Source: Candidatus Bathyarchaeota archaeon (GTDB taxonomy: Archaea; Thermoproteota; Bathyarchaeia; Bathyarchaeales; Bathycorpusculaceae). Taken from it: a stretch of 64,000 nucleotides of DNA. The translations under genes and the position numbers were made by a program. The stretch covers positions 1,504,001 through 1,568,000 of the forward strand of contig OY969706.1 of assembly GCA_963702095.1 (NCBI GenBank). The letters are read 5' to 3'. This document shows positions 30,867-40,962 of the stretch, one piece after another. A model generated the notes under the pieces. That model worked only from the letters and a program-made list of their open reading frames with translations, had not been told where the DNA came from and did not search any database. Each line of letters starts with the position of its first letter. The stretch's first letter is position 1.

Positions 30867-32078
30867 CTAAACGGTTTGGTTCCACCAGTAAACCTTGGAG
30901 TAGTTGCCTTCCACAGGATAATGCGAGTCCGAGTAAACAATGTCTAAGCCTAACCCATACTGTTTGAGCAATTGACGCGTGTCATTCCAAATCTTAGGCG
31001 TCAACTCATCGGGGTTCCAATACCAGATTTTATCGTCTACGCGTCTGAACCCAAACCCATAGTTCTGCGGCATAACATACACTGCCTCGGCGGGGGTGAA
31101 ACGGGTGATTTTTCCTGTTTGAATGTCACTCCAGAAGTCCTGCAGAGCCTTGAAATGTTCGTCTTTCATGACACCGTAGGGGTTGCCGCTGTCGTTTTGG
31201 GGGTAATTAAAAATGGCGATGTAATCTGCACCCGCAGTGTAGGATGCCACCAGTTGCGAGTAGACTTCAGCGCCCGTATCCAAATAGGGCGGCGCATCGT
31301 ACTTCCACGTTATCATGATTCCCCACTCTTTGCCCTGCAATGTGGCGGCGCCGCGGGTAAGGGCGATGTCTTGCGCTACGGTGTCGTTCCAACCTAACTG
31401 TGTTAAAACAACATCCCACCCCGAGTACGTGAACCACTCCAGGGCATATTCTGATATGAACGTTTTGACTGAGCGGTTTCGGAGTTGCTGTATGCCATAA
31501 TCAGTTTCTATGGCTTGATAATAGACATATGCGGCTGTGTCGTAGTCAGGGGCGAGGGTGCCGTTGAGGATTTGGTCGATTGCTGTTTTGTGGGCTTGGT
31601 AGAGAGAAGAGTTCCGGTACTGGTAGGCTGAGAAGTACCGTGTCCAGTTGAAATCTATCTGTTGCCCCCCTAACTCGTCATAGTAGTATATTCCCAGAAG
31701 TTTATCGCCATAGGTTACCTTCGCTTGGTCAATCCATGGAAGCTGCCACGGCTGGTCAAACATGCCGAACAGCACAACTATGTCTAAGCCGTGCTCGGTG
31801 GCGTAGTCGGCGATTTCGTTCAGGGCTGTTTCGTTATGGCTCACAGGACCCGATTGAATGATGAGGAGGTTGGTGTAGTTTTCTACGCGGTCGATGAGGA
31901 GTTTGGCTTCGGCGGTTGTGTTGCCGCAGAAAGAAACCCCCACATGCACAGGCTTGTTTTGGGGGTTGTCTTGGCTTTTGGTTAATACGCCGTAATTGAT
32001 GAATGCGGCGACAACAATAATCATGAGCAAAATTATGGTTGCCACAAGGAGTTTGTTCTGTTGCTTCAACCAAAGCAT
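30867..32078 (-). CDS. Membrane-anchored exported hypothetical protein (possible glycoside-hydrolase-like barrel)
   Basis: N-terminal TM; [28 protein letters not shown]. Confidence 0.6.
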   Translation of the reverse strand: MLWLKQQNKLLVATIILLMIIVVAAFINYGVLTKSQDNPQNKPVHVGVSFCGNTTAEAKLLIDRVENYTNLLIIQSGPVSHNETALNEIADYATEHGLDIVVLFGMFDQPWQLPWIDQAKVTYGDKLLGIYYYDELGGQQIDFNWTRYFSAYQYRNSSLYQAHKTAIDQILNGTLAPDYDTAAYVYYQAIETDYGIQQLRNRSVKTFISEYALEWFTYSGWDVVLTQLGWNDTVAQDIALTRGAATLQGKEWGIMITWKYDAPPYLDTGAEVYSQLVASYTAGADYIAIFNYPQNDSGNPYGVMKDEHFKALQDFWSDIQTGKITRFTPAEAVYVMPQNYGFGFRRVDDKIWYWNPDELTPKIWNDTRQLLKQYGLGLDIVYSDSHYPVEGNYSKVYWWNQTV

Positions 32079-32190
32079 CCCACTTTAGCCGCTGCCCTAA
32101 ACAAACATTAGAGCTTTATGTTAATTTATTTTTCGAATGCTCACATAGGATTGCCATACCTTAAAAAGGCTCAAAACCCATAGCCAAACA

Positions 32191-32475
32191 GTGACTTACA
32201 TGCCCGAAACGCTGAGTTTGCCCCAAAGCGTCTATGATAACCTCCTTAAAACGTCTGAGGAACTCACTTTGATGGCTAAAAAACCCATTTCCCCATCGAT
32301 GACTGTGGATTTGCTTATAGAAGTTTACCGTGCCCACCTAAACAATCCCTGTGCGCTCGACGCGTTTAGCCTGCAACTGCGTAACTCAGACTTTATGCCG
32401 CCTGAAGAATTCGACAAGTACTGGGACGTTACTCCTCCCAAGCCCAACCATAAGGTTAAACGGAAAAAACCCTAA
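32191..32475 (+). CDS. Small hypothetical protein, possible RHH-like
   Basis: TLSLPQSVYDNL strand-helix start; basic C-terminus. Confidence 0.55.
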   Translation: MTYMPETLSLPQSVYDNLLKTSEELTLMAKKPISPSMTVDLLIEVYRAHLNNPCALDAFSLQLRNSDFMPPEEFDKYWDVTPPKPNHKVKRKKP

Positions 32476-32547
32476 TGGGGGTAAGTGAGTAAAACAAGGG
32501 AAGGGAACAGAAAGCTTACGCTTTTTTCAAGCACCCGCTTTTTGGAA

Positions 32548-33207
32548 TTAACTTTTATTTTTCCCTTCGCTTTTTGCGAAGTCTTCTTTGAATTTTTTAA
32601 TTCCACTTTCAGTCAGTGGATGATTCCACATCTTTGCTAAAACGTCCGCGGGTATCGTTGCAATGTGTGCTCCAGCTTTAGCTGCTTCTAAAACGTGAAT
32701 CGGATGCCTAATACTTGCAACGATGATTTTTGTCTTAAACCCATAGTTCTTGTAGATTTGTATTATGTCTCGAACCAGGTTCATTCCATCTTCGGATATG
32801 TCATCTAGTCTTCCAATAAAAGGCGATACATAGCTTGCACCTGCCTTTGCTGCAATTAACGCTTGATTTGCACTAAATACCAGCGTTATGTTTGTTTTAA
32901 CGCCTTTCGCTTCGAGTATTTTTGCAGCTTTAATTCCCTCCTGAGTAAACGCAATTTTTACAACAATGTTTTCTGCCCACTTTGCGTATGCTTCGCCCTC
33001 TTTCACTATCTCATCGCATAGGTCTGCATTTCCCTCGACGGAAATAGGTCCTTTTATCACTTTTGCAATCTCAGCAATTATCTCTTGCTGACTTTTTCCG
33101 CCTTCTCTAGCAATAAGGGTGGGATTTGTGGTTACTCCGTCGACAACTCCAAGGGCAGTTGCTTTTTTGATTTGTTCAACGTTTGCTGTGTCTAAAAAGA
33201 ACTCCAT
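32548..33207 (-). CDS. tal: Transaldolase (TalC/MipB type)
   Basis: FLDTAN, GVTTNPTL, ISVE (Glu) and SPFIGRLDD (Phe) mark transaldolase rather than FSA; Schiff-base Lys in VVKI. Confidence 0.92.
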   Translation of the reverse strand: MEFFLDTANVEQIKKATALGVVDGVTTNPTLIAREGGKSQQEIIAEIAKVIKGPISVEGNADLCDEIVKEGEAYAKWAENIVVKIAFTQEGIKAAKILEAKGVKTNITLVFSANQALIAAKAGASYVSPFIGRLDDISEDGMNLVRDIIQIYKNYGFKTKIIVASIRHPIHVLEAAKAGAHIATIPADVLAKMWNHPLTESGIKKFKEDFAKSEGKNKS

Positions 33208-33235
33208 ACTTTTCTACCCCTAAACATTATAATAA

Positions 33236-34270
33236 TCAACTATAACTTTCTCCACTGATCACGCGCGATTCTTGTTTGCAACTCTCACGAACGAATTCGG
33301 CGATTCCCTCGGAGTCAAGCTTATATTTTTTCATAAGTTCAAGAGGTTCTCCTGATTCGCAGAATATATCTCTTATCCCATGCCTCTTTAATGTGCAGGG
33401 GGTCGATTTTCCTGATTCGCTTAAAATTTCTGCAATCGCTCCTCCGAGTCCACCTGTTATTTGATGGTCTTCTACACTGATTATTAGGCCAGTTTTTTTA
33501 GCCCAAAACCTTATTGCGTCCCCATCAATTGGCTTAATTGTGTGACAATCAATCACTGCACAGGAGATTCCTTCGGATTCAAGTTTCTCAGCTGCAATTA
33601 TCGATTCATACACTTGTGGTCCGCACGCAAAAATTGCCACATCTTCGCCATCTCGGTAAACATTTGCTTTCCCAATTGAAAAGGGAGTTGAGTGCGTGGT
33701 GAATACGGGCATTTTTTCCCGGCAAGACCGAATATAAACGGGGCTTTTTATTTTACTTGCTTCGATTGTGGCTTTTCTTGCCTCTTCAACATCTGCTGGA
33801 ACAACAACCATCATATTCGGAAGAACTCGGGTAATTGCAATGTCTTCTAAAGCTTGGTGAGATGCCCCATCTGGCCCCACTGTAACTCCAGTATGAGAAC
33901 CATGCAGTTTTACAGGCACATTATTGTAGCAAACAGAAACACGAATCTGGTCCCAATTTCTTCCAGGCGAAAAAACGCCGTATGCAGAGATAAAAACTGT
34001 TTTTCCCAAAGAAGCGATTCCCGCAGCAACGCCTGCCATGTTCTGCTCGGAGACGCCAACCTGGACAAAGCGGTCAGGAAATTTTTCGGCAAACCAGTGC
34101 GTTCTGGTACTTTCTGAAACATCGGCGGTCATTACCCATAGGTTTGGGTTTTCAGTTCCAATCTCCACTAATGCTTTTCCAAATCCGTCGCGGCTTGGTT
34201 TTTTGTTCTGGGGTGCATCGATGTTCTCGATGAGCGCCATTTGTTTATTGATTTTTGGTGAATTTACCAT
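33236..34270 (-). CDS. Transketolase, C-terminal subunit
   Basis: GVSEQNM..AAG, GPDGASHQALED, IKPID, EDH...GGLG. Confidence 0.92.
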   Translation of the reverse strand: MVNSPKINKQMALIENIDAPQNKKPSRDGFGKALVEIGTENPNLWVMTADVSESTRTHWFAEKFPDRFVQVGVSEQNMAGVAAGIASLGKTVFISAYGVFSPGRNWDQIRVSVCYNNVPVKLHGSHTGVTVGPDGASHQALEDIAITRVLPNMMVVVPADVEEARKATIEASKIKSPVYIRSCREKMPVFTTHSTPFSIGKANVYRDGEDVAIFACGPQVYESIIAAEKLESEGISCAVIDCHTIKPIDGDAIRFWAKKTGLIISVEDHQITGGLGGAIAEILSESGKSTPCTLKRHGIRDIFCESGEPLELMKKYKLDSEGIAEFVRESCKQESRVISGESYS

Positions 34271-34307
34271 ATTATCATCACGAAATTAGCAGATAGCATT
34301 TTGGTGT

Positions 34308-35930
34308 TTACTCTTTTTCTTCATGGCGATAGAACTTTCGCTCCTCTTCAAGGTCTTCTAGAGCGGTTATTGCTTCTTTGTCACCAGGCGATTTTCCATG
34401 CCACTCAGTGATGAATTCCATAAATGAGATATCTTTTCCAGGAACGGTATGTGCGATTATCATCGTTGGTTTATCGATTACTGTTTTAGCTTCGTTACAT
34501 GCTGAAATTATTTGTTGAATGTTGTGGCCGTCGATGTTGATTACGTGCCATCCGAATGCTCTGTATTTTTCTTCAAGTGATTCAAGCGGAAGAACCTCTT
34601 CAGTAAATCCATCGATTTGGATATTGTTCCGATCCATGATTGCAACTAGATTTCCAAGTTTAAATTTAGCTGCTAAAAGCGCTGCTTCCCATATTTGCCC
34701 CTCATTATGCTCACCATCTGAACAAACACAGTAAACGCGCCATTTCTTTTTTTCTCTCTTAGCAACAAGAGCCATTCCCACAGCAATCGAAAGTCCCTGT
34801 CCAAGAGGACCTGAACTATTCTCGATACCAGGCAAGGTTTCTCTATGAGGATGCCCCTGTAATCTTGAACCCAATTTTCTAAGCGTCATTAATTCTTCTT
34901 TGGGGAAGTATCCTGCCTCACCAAGGGTAGCATACAATCCTGGACAAACATGCCCATTAGACAGAATACATCGATCCCGACCTTCCCAATTGGGGTTTTT
35001 GGGATCGTGGTTTAAGACATTGAAGTAAAGCGCGGTGAACACGTCGGCTAAACCCATCGAGCCCGCAGGGTGACCCGATTTTGCCGCGTGAAGCATCTTT
35101 ACAATACTTTGCCTAATATTGTTTGAGAGCAGATAGAGCTCTTTTATGTCAGTAACCTTTGTTGCTCCGACGTCAACCGATGGAGTTACCTCAAGAAGCG
35201 TTTGCTTAGGCGGTTCAGTAACTAGTTTTGGGACCCCAATGTCTGCTGCCATTTCCTGTGACCAACAAGTCTGCGATTTATTTTTACCCCTAATTCCTGA
35301 CGCGTAAATATTCTTAACGGCTTCTGGAATATTTTCTGCGGCAAAAATTGCACTTGATGCTGCAAAGATATTTGCTCCTGCTTCACTAGCCCTCTCCGAA
35401 GTTGCTTGGTTTATTCCCCCATCGACTTCAATTTCGAGATTTGGGAATTTTGCTCGAAGCACACGGACTTTTGATTCGACTTCATTGATGTATTTTTGCC
35501 CGCTAAAGCCGGGGTTAACGGTCATGACTAAAACTTGCTTGACCGCTTTGTCATTAATGTAGGGGTAAAGTTCTTCGACGGGTGTGGGCGGATTAATGGC
35601 GAGACCTATTTTTCCACCAGAAGAGCGTTTTTTTTCTATTTCATTCCAATCAGTTACAGCCTCAACATGAACAAAGTGGGTGTGATTTCCAGAGATTTTT
35701 GAAATCCAGTTTTCTGGGTCCTTCACCATCCAGTGGAATTCGTAGAGGACTCCTGAAGGAAGATCTGATAAACTTTCAAGCCCAATCGTGTCATTGGGCA
35801 CAAAAATATTGTCCATGATGTCTATGTGAACGGTTTTAACGCTTGGTTTAACTTTTTCGATGTGTGCTAGCAATTCTTCTCGGCTTTTCACTAAGATTGC
35901 TGGTACGACTTCTACATCCATCTGAATCAA
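34308..35930 (-). CDS. Fusion of ribulose-phosphate 3-epimerase and transketolase N-terminal subunit
   Basis: Rpe motifs HIDIMD, FHWMV, MTVNPGFSGQ, EVDGGIN; then SGHPAGS, LSNGH, LQGHP, GPLGQG, DGEHNEG..WEA, WHG in one frame. Confidence 0.9.
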   Translation of the reverse strand: MIQMDVEVVPAILVKSREELLAHIEKVKPSVKTVHIDIMDNIFVPNDTIGLESLSDLPSGVLYEFHWMVKDPENWISKISGNHTHFVHVEAVTDWNEIEKKRSSGGKIGLAINPPTPVEELYPYINDKAVKQVLVMTVNPGFSGQKYINEVESKVRVLRAKFPNLEIEVDGGINQATSERASEAGANIFAASSAIFAAENIPEAVKNIYASGIRGKNKSQTCWSQEMAADIGVPKLVTEPPKQTLLEVTPSVDVGATKVTDIKELYLLSNNIRQSIVKMLHAAKSGHPAGSMGLADVFTALYFNVLNHDPKNPNWEGRDRCILSNGHVCPGLYATLGEAGYFPKEELMTLRKLGSRLQGHPHRETLPGIENSSGPLGQGLSIAVGMALVAKREKKKWRVYCVCSDGEHNEGQIWEAALLAAKFKLGNLVAIMDRNNIQIDGFTEEVLPLESLEEKYRAFGWHVINIDGHNIQQIISACNEAKTVIDKPTMIIAHTVPGKDISFMEFITEWHGKSPGDKEAITALEDLEEERKFYRHEEKE

Positions 35931-36284
35931 CTATTAACCCAATTTCACTGCCCTATTTGCACCGCATTTTTTGCATGCGTGTTACAACATGAATGCCACT
36001 AGCTTTTAAGCCTTCATCAAAAAAGCGTTAAAAATCAATAATTGCATACGCATTTATGTTTGACCGTACCGTGGGGCAAAAAGATATTGCGAGCGCCAAA
36101 AACCATGCTTCGTACATTGGATGGGTAACTTTTTACTCCCACAGAAAACGGAAGGGTAAAACGGCCATGGACTATTTTATAGCAATGGATGTTTTGCTGT
36201 ATTTTGGCAGCTCTAAGTGCTGAGTCCACATTTTCGCCTTTTCACCGAGTTTTACTTTTGATCCTAACCTTTAAAATGAAACTT

Positions 36285-37142
36285 TCAATGTAAAAAGTCC
36301 ATTAACCGATTTTTTATGCTCACTACTGCTGCAGGACTTGGCACACTATCACTAACAACAACCTCTTTTGCCCCTGCGGCTCGAATCTTATCAAACGCGC
36401 AACCAACCAGGAGCCCATGAACTGAAGCACAAACGATTCTTCTAGCCCCACCCTTCTTACACACTTGGGCAGCCTTAACCATCGTTTCTCCACTAATAAT
36501 CATGTCATCAATCAAAATCACATCTCGACCCGCAATGTCCGCGTCGAGTTTTTCGGAAGTAATTTGCCTAAACGCGATTGGCCCATGGATGTATTCGCTG
36601 AGGGTTTTTTCCATGCTGACCCCGCCCAATTTTTCAACGAAGTGAGCGGCACCTTGGTCTGGCGCAATAAAAACAGGATCCGAAACGCGTGGTTTTACAT
36701 AATCGAATAAATCGTTGACGATTGATCGATTCTGGATTGTTAAGCCGGCAATGTTTTTTGTGTTTTCGCTTGATTCCAAGAAGTGGCAATTAAACGTAAC
36801 GAGTTCATCTAGACCTGCACTGGACAGTAACTTGATAGTCATTGTTGCAGAATCGGTTTCTCCCGGCTGGTAAATTTCATCCTGTCTCGAGTAGGGAAGA
36901 TATGGAATAATTCCAGTTACTTTTGCTGCAACTGGCTTTACTGCACTTAAAATTTGCAGAAACTGCAGAAGGCGCGTATCTTGGTCTGGGTAGCACCTGT
37001 GTAGGATGGTAACATGTTTTCCCTTTAATTTTTCGATTTGTGGAATGTAGATGTAATTTTCGCAGTCATGGAATTTTTTGATTTCAATGTTTGATTCGGC
37101 GAGGTCGGAACAGTTTGGGCTTACTAGTAGGGATTTTTCCAT
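36285..37142 (-). CDS. prs: Ribose-phosphate pyrophosphokinase (divergent)
   Basis: PYLPYSRQD, APDQGA, ILIDDMIISGET, SVHG, SDSV. Confidence 0.8.
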   Translation of the reverse strand: MEKSLLVSPNCSDLAESNIEIKKFHDCENYIYIPQIEKLKGKHVTILHRCYPDQDTRLLQFLQILSAVKPVAAKVTGIIPYLPYSRQDEIYQPGETDSATMTIKLLSSAGLDELVTFNCHFLESSENTKNIAGLTIQNRSIVNDLFDYVKPRVSDPVFIAPDQGAAHFVEKLGGVSMEKTLSEYIHGPIAFRQITSEKLDADIAGRDVILIDDMIISGETMVKAAQVCKKGGARRIVCASVHGLLVGCAFDKIRAAGAKEVVVSDSVPSPAAVVSIKNRLMDFLH

Positions 37143-37401
37143 ACCCCTACGTAGCTAGAACAGTATAAAAAGCCTACCATGTTTGATTGGCAAAGCTAAT
37201 AGTTCATAGCATCAATCCAACCGACTTTAACGGTTACAGATACCTACCGAGAAAAAGCCTGTGACAAAGGTTTGGGAATCGCTGCTTCTAAATGAGACCA
37301 GCAAATGGTGCAATCATGCCTGTCTTGGCTTATCTTTGGGGGGAGAGAGAGTTTAAAAGAACAAACACGCCATCATAATGCTGACATAAGAGGATACATA
37401 C

Positions 37402-38679
37402 ATGCCCACCAGTTTCCAGCCTGTCCGTGGAATGCGCGACCTCATCGGCGAAGAAGCCCAAACCTTCACCACCATCATAGCCAAAGCCAGACAAACCGCT
37501 GAACTCTATGGCTTCAAAGAGGTGATAACGCCGCATGTGGAGCCGCTGGAGCTGCTTAGCGCAAAATCAGGCGAAGAAATCCGCCAACGCATGTTCATCT
37601 TCAAAGACTTAGGCGAGCGTCAAGTGGCGCTACGCCCAGAATTCACTGCTTCAGTCGCCCGATTAGTGACGACGGCGCTCAAAAACGAGCCTAAGCCACT
37701 GCGATTGTTCTCTGTGGGCACGGTTTACCGTTATGATGAACCCCAAAAGGGCCGCTACCGCGAGTTTTGGCAGTCAAACTTTGAGTTAATGGGTTCCCCC
37801 CGTCCTGAGGCAGACGCTGAAATCGTGTTGCTCACCAACACCTTGATGGCATCGCTTGGGCTGCAGGGTTACGCTTTCAAAATCGGGCATATAGGCGTCA
37901 TCCGCGGCATCCTTAGCCAAGACGGCGTAGACGAGAAAACCCAGAATGCGGTGCTGCAAAAGATGGATAAGAAAGAGTACGATGCCGCGTTGGCACTTGT
38001 GACATCAGAGAAAAGCCGTCGTATACTTGAGGGCTTGATTTTGCTTAAGGGCAAAGACTGGCGTGAAACCGTTGAGCAGATGAAGGCGTATCTTGCGGAT
38101 TACATAGACGCTAGAGCTGCAGCCGACAACCTCGGTGAAATCCTAAACCTCACCGCCCAAAGTGCCAATCTAACCATAACCGTTGAACCCGCCTTCGCAC
38201 GGGGCTTAGAATATTACACTGGCATGATTTTCGAGGTGTATATACCCGAGTTGGACATTGCTTTGGGTGGCGGCGGACGCTACGACCGACTCATTGAAGT
38301 CTTCGGCGGTGACTCCACGCCTGCAGTCGGATGCGCCCACGGCATCGACCGAGTAGCCATCGCACTTCAAGAACAAAAAACCGCAGTCGGCACTAAGGGT
38401 GCAAAGAGGGTTGCGGTTGTAGCCATTACTGAGAACCAAAAAGTTGAGGCTCTCAAAATTGCCCAGACACTCCGCGCTGCAGGTATAGCAGTTGAGTTTG
38501 AGGTTATGGGCAGAAAAATGGCGAAGGCGCTTGAAGACGCCGACAAACGCAAAGCCGACTACGCGGTCATCGTTGGTGAGCGAGAACTCAAAGAGGGCAC
38601 GGTTGTGCTTAAGGATTTGGCGGACAGAAGCCAGTGTACAGTTGCATTAGCGGATTTGGCTGAGAAAATCAAAAGCTAA
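37402..38679 (+). CDS. hisS: Histidine--tRNA ligase
   Basis: RGMRD, LRPEFTAS, RYDEPQKGRYREF.Q, RGLEYYTG, GGGRYD. Confidence 0.97.
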   Translation: MPTSFQPVRGMRDLIGEEAQTFTTIIAKARQTAELYGFKEVITPHVEPLELLSAKSGEEIRQRMFIFKDLGERQVALRPEFTASVARLVTTALKNEPKPLRLFSVGTVYRYDEPQKGRYREFWQSNFELMGSPRPEADAEIVLLTNTLMASLGLQGYAFKIGHIGVIRGILSQDGVDEKTQNAVLQKMDKKEYDAALALVTSEKSRRILEGLILLKGKDWRETVEQMKAYLADYIDARAAADNLGEILNLTAQSANLTITVEPAFARGLEYYTGMIFEVYIPELDIALGGGGRYDRLIEVFGGDSTPAVGCAHGIDRVAIALQEQKTAVGTKGAKRVAVVAITENQKVEALKIAQTLRAAGIAVEFEVMGRKMAKALEDADKRKADYAVIVGERELKEGTVVLKDLADRSQCTVALADLAEKIKS

Positions 38680-38692
38680 ACAGTTTTTTGCA

Positions 38693-38821
38693 ACTTGAGG
38701 ATTACGCCACAACCAATCTGCAGGCTAAATCAGGCGCCTATTTCAAAACACAATTGTTCCCACAAGCCACTGGTTGTTGTTGTGTATAGGAGATTTTCGG
38801 CAACAACAAACTAAAGAAAAA
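38693..38821 (+). repeat. Dispersed ~128-bp intergenic element, copy B
   Basis: ACTTGAGGATTACGCCACAACCA...CCACTGGTTGTTGTTGTGTATAGGAG...CAACAACAA..AGAAAAA. Confidence 0.85.
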
Positions 38822-38902
38822 CAGGTTGTCCACAGCAAAAAAGAAACAAAAAATTAAAAAACAAAAATTTGGGGTAAGCCAAAGGCTTACTTGTTTTTTG
38901 GG

Positions 38903-40306
38903 TTAGAGCCGTTTTATGTAGCGGTTGACTTCCCACTCGGTGACCTGTGTCCGGTAGAGGTCCCATTCATGGCGTTTCTCTTTGAGGAAGTTCTCAAAGG
39001 TGACTGGACCCAGTGTTTCCTTCATCAAATCGCTGGTTTCGAGTTCATCAAGAGATTCCTTGAGGTTCTCTGGCAGCGAGACAATGCCGCGTTCCTTGCG
39101 TTCCTCGTAGCTCATGTGGTAGACGTTTAGTTCAACTGCGTCGCCTGGGTCAATTCTGTTCTTTATACCGTCTAAGCCAGATGCGAGTAGAACTGCAAAT
39201 TGGAGGTAGGGGTTGCCTGCGCCGTCGGGGCAACGGATTTCCATTCTTGCAGCGTTCTTTCTTCCGCCAAAGTTAGGGACTCGAATGAGTGGACTGCGGT
39301 TTTTGTGTGCCCATGCAAGGTAGACAGGTGCTTCGTAGCCTGGGACGAGTCGTTTGTAACTGTTTGGCCAACTGTTAAGGACAGCAGCCATTTTGCGTCC
39401 ATGGGCGAGTTGTCCACCGATGTAGTTGCGGGCAAGGTCTGAGAGGTAACCGTTCTTTGCGTCTTCTGCGTAGAATAGGTTTTGGGTCATTTCTTTGTTC
39501 CAGAGGCTCTGGTGAGTGTGCATGCCGCTGCCGTTGATGCCTTGGAATGGTTTAGGCATGTAAGTGGTGACGTAGCCGTTGCGGGCTGCGACGACTTTGC
39601 CGCACATTTTCATTGTTATTGCGCGGTCGGCTGTTTCGAGTGCTTCGCCGTATTTGAAGTCGATTTCGTTCTGTCCTAAGGCGACTTCGTGGTGGCTGAT
39701 TTCGATTTCTATTCCGAAAGCCTCTGCGTAATCGGCGATTTCACGTCTGAGGTCGTCGGTGACGTCGCCTGGGTGAGCATCGAAGTATCCTGCTAAGTCA
39801 ATTGGAGTAGGTAAGCCGCCGGTTTCGCTTTCTTTCACTATGAAGAATTCGAGTTCGGGCGCGCAGATGAAAGTGTATCCTGCTTTTGCCGCTTTCTCTG
39901 TGGCGCGCTCAAGGATGTATCTTGGGTCGCCGTCGAAGCGTTTGTTTTGGGGTGTATAAACGTCGCATATGAGTCGGGCGGAGGCTTTTTCTTTTGGCCT
40001 CCAAGGTAATACTGCAAAAGTCGTTGGGTCTGGATAGAGGACCATGTCTGATTCTTCGATGGGTCTGTAACCAGTGATGGATGACCCGTCAAAGGATTGG
40101 CCATTTTCAAATATGCTTTCTATGTTTTTGGCGCTTACGGCTAAGTTTTTGAGGAAGCCGTTGATGTCAGTGAATTGTAGTCTGACAAATTTTATGTCTT
40201 GTTCCTGTATTTTTTGAACGATTTTTGTCACTTGTTCTTTCCATGCAGCATTTTTAAAATCCTTCATTTTTACAATACTCCTTGTGCTGTTTGGCTTGCT
40301 CTCCAT
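38903..40306 (-). CDS. glnA: Glutamine synthetase type I
   Basis: FDGSSI, ESDM, PELEFF, HHEV..GQNEI, NGSGMH, NSYKRLVPGYEAP, NPYL. Confidence 0.97.
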   Translation of the reverse strand: MESKPNSTRSIVKMKDFKNAAWKEQVTKIVQKIQEQDIKFVRLQFTDINGFLKNLAVSAKNIESIFENGQSFDGSSITGYRPIEESDMVLYPDPTTFAVLPWRPKEKASARLICDVYTPQNKRFDGDPRYILERATEKAAKAGYTFICAPELEFFIVKESETGGLPTPIDLAGYFDAHPGDVTDDLRREIADYAEAFGIEIEISHHEVALGQNEIDFKYGEALETADRAITMKMCGKVVAARNGYVTTYMPKPFQGINGSGMHTHQSLWNKEMTQNLFYAEDAKNGYLSDLARNYIGGQLAHGRKMAAVLNSWPNSYKRLVPGYEAPVYLAWAHKNRSPLIRVPNFGGRKNAARMEIRCPDGAGNPYLQFAVLLASGLDGIKNRIDPGDAVELNVYHMSYEERKERGIVSLPENLKESLDELETSDLMKETLGPVTFENFLKEKRHEWDLYRTQVTEWEVNRYIKRL

Positions 40307-40485
40307 ATGTTATGGAATTCACATTAAACGTAAACATATTTAAGTTTATCGCTCAAACGGCATTGATAACTGTCCAGTAACTCACCGAATAATTGAAATA
40401 ATGTGGTGACGGAAAAAGAGGTTTTGCGCCGTAAAAACCAACCCAGAAACAACCCTAAACTAGTCAAACAGCCAAAAAACCACCG

Positions 40486-40962
40486 TTAACGTTCCCTGCG
40501 CAAGAAATCCCCAACATCCGACACATTCCGCACTGCAACTTCATCCAAAACCCCTTTGTCGCGCAGGTTTCCAACAATTCTGCCAAAACCTAAACATTCG
40601 CCGAATTCATTTAAAACTATAACATGCGTATTTTTCTTGCCTGAACCAAAAACGCGCAAAATACTTCTCGCAAGGATCGGCCTACCGCAGATAAAGAGCC
40701 ATGCCGCCTTGCTATCCACGATAATTCGGGCGGCATCTCTTTTAGCAATCATAGATAATAGGGTGAAGCTTGGGAAAAACTTGCCTGCCTTAGCTTTACC
40801 TAAGAAGATACCTGCATAAAAAAAGTCGCTACGCACCAGCAGAGGCTTTAACGCTGCGTTAACGAGGTAGAAGCGTCCGTTTTTTTCCACGGTTAATTCT
40901 GGATTTAGGGCAATATCGATGCCGAACTGAGCGGCAAAGTTGGTTATTGCTTTTGCATTCAC
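40486..40962 (-). CDS. NIP7/UPF0113-like PUA-domain protein
   Basis: YAGIFLGK, AAWLFICGR, ECLGFG, DVGDFLRRER. Confidence 0.75.
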   Translation of the reverse strand: MNAKAITNFAAQFGIDIALNPELTVEKNGRFYLVNAALKPLLVRSDFFYAGIFLGKAKAGKFFPSFTLLSMIAKRDAARIIVDSKAAWLFICGRPILARSILRVFGSGKKNTHVIVLNEFGECLGFGRIVGNLRDKGVLDEVAVRNVSDVGDFLRRER

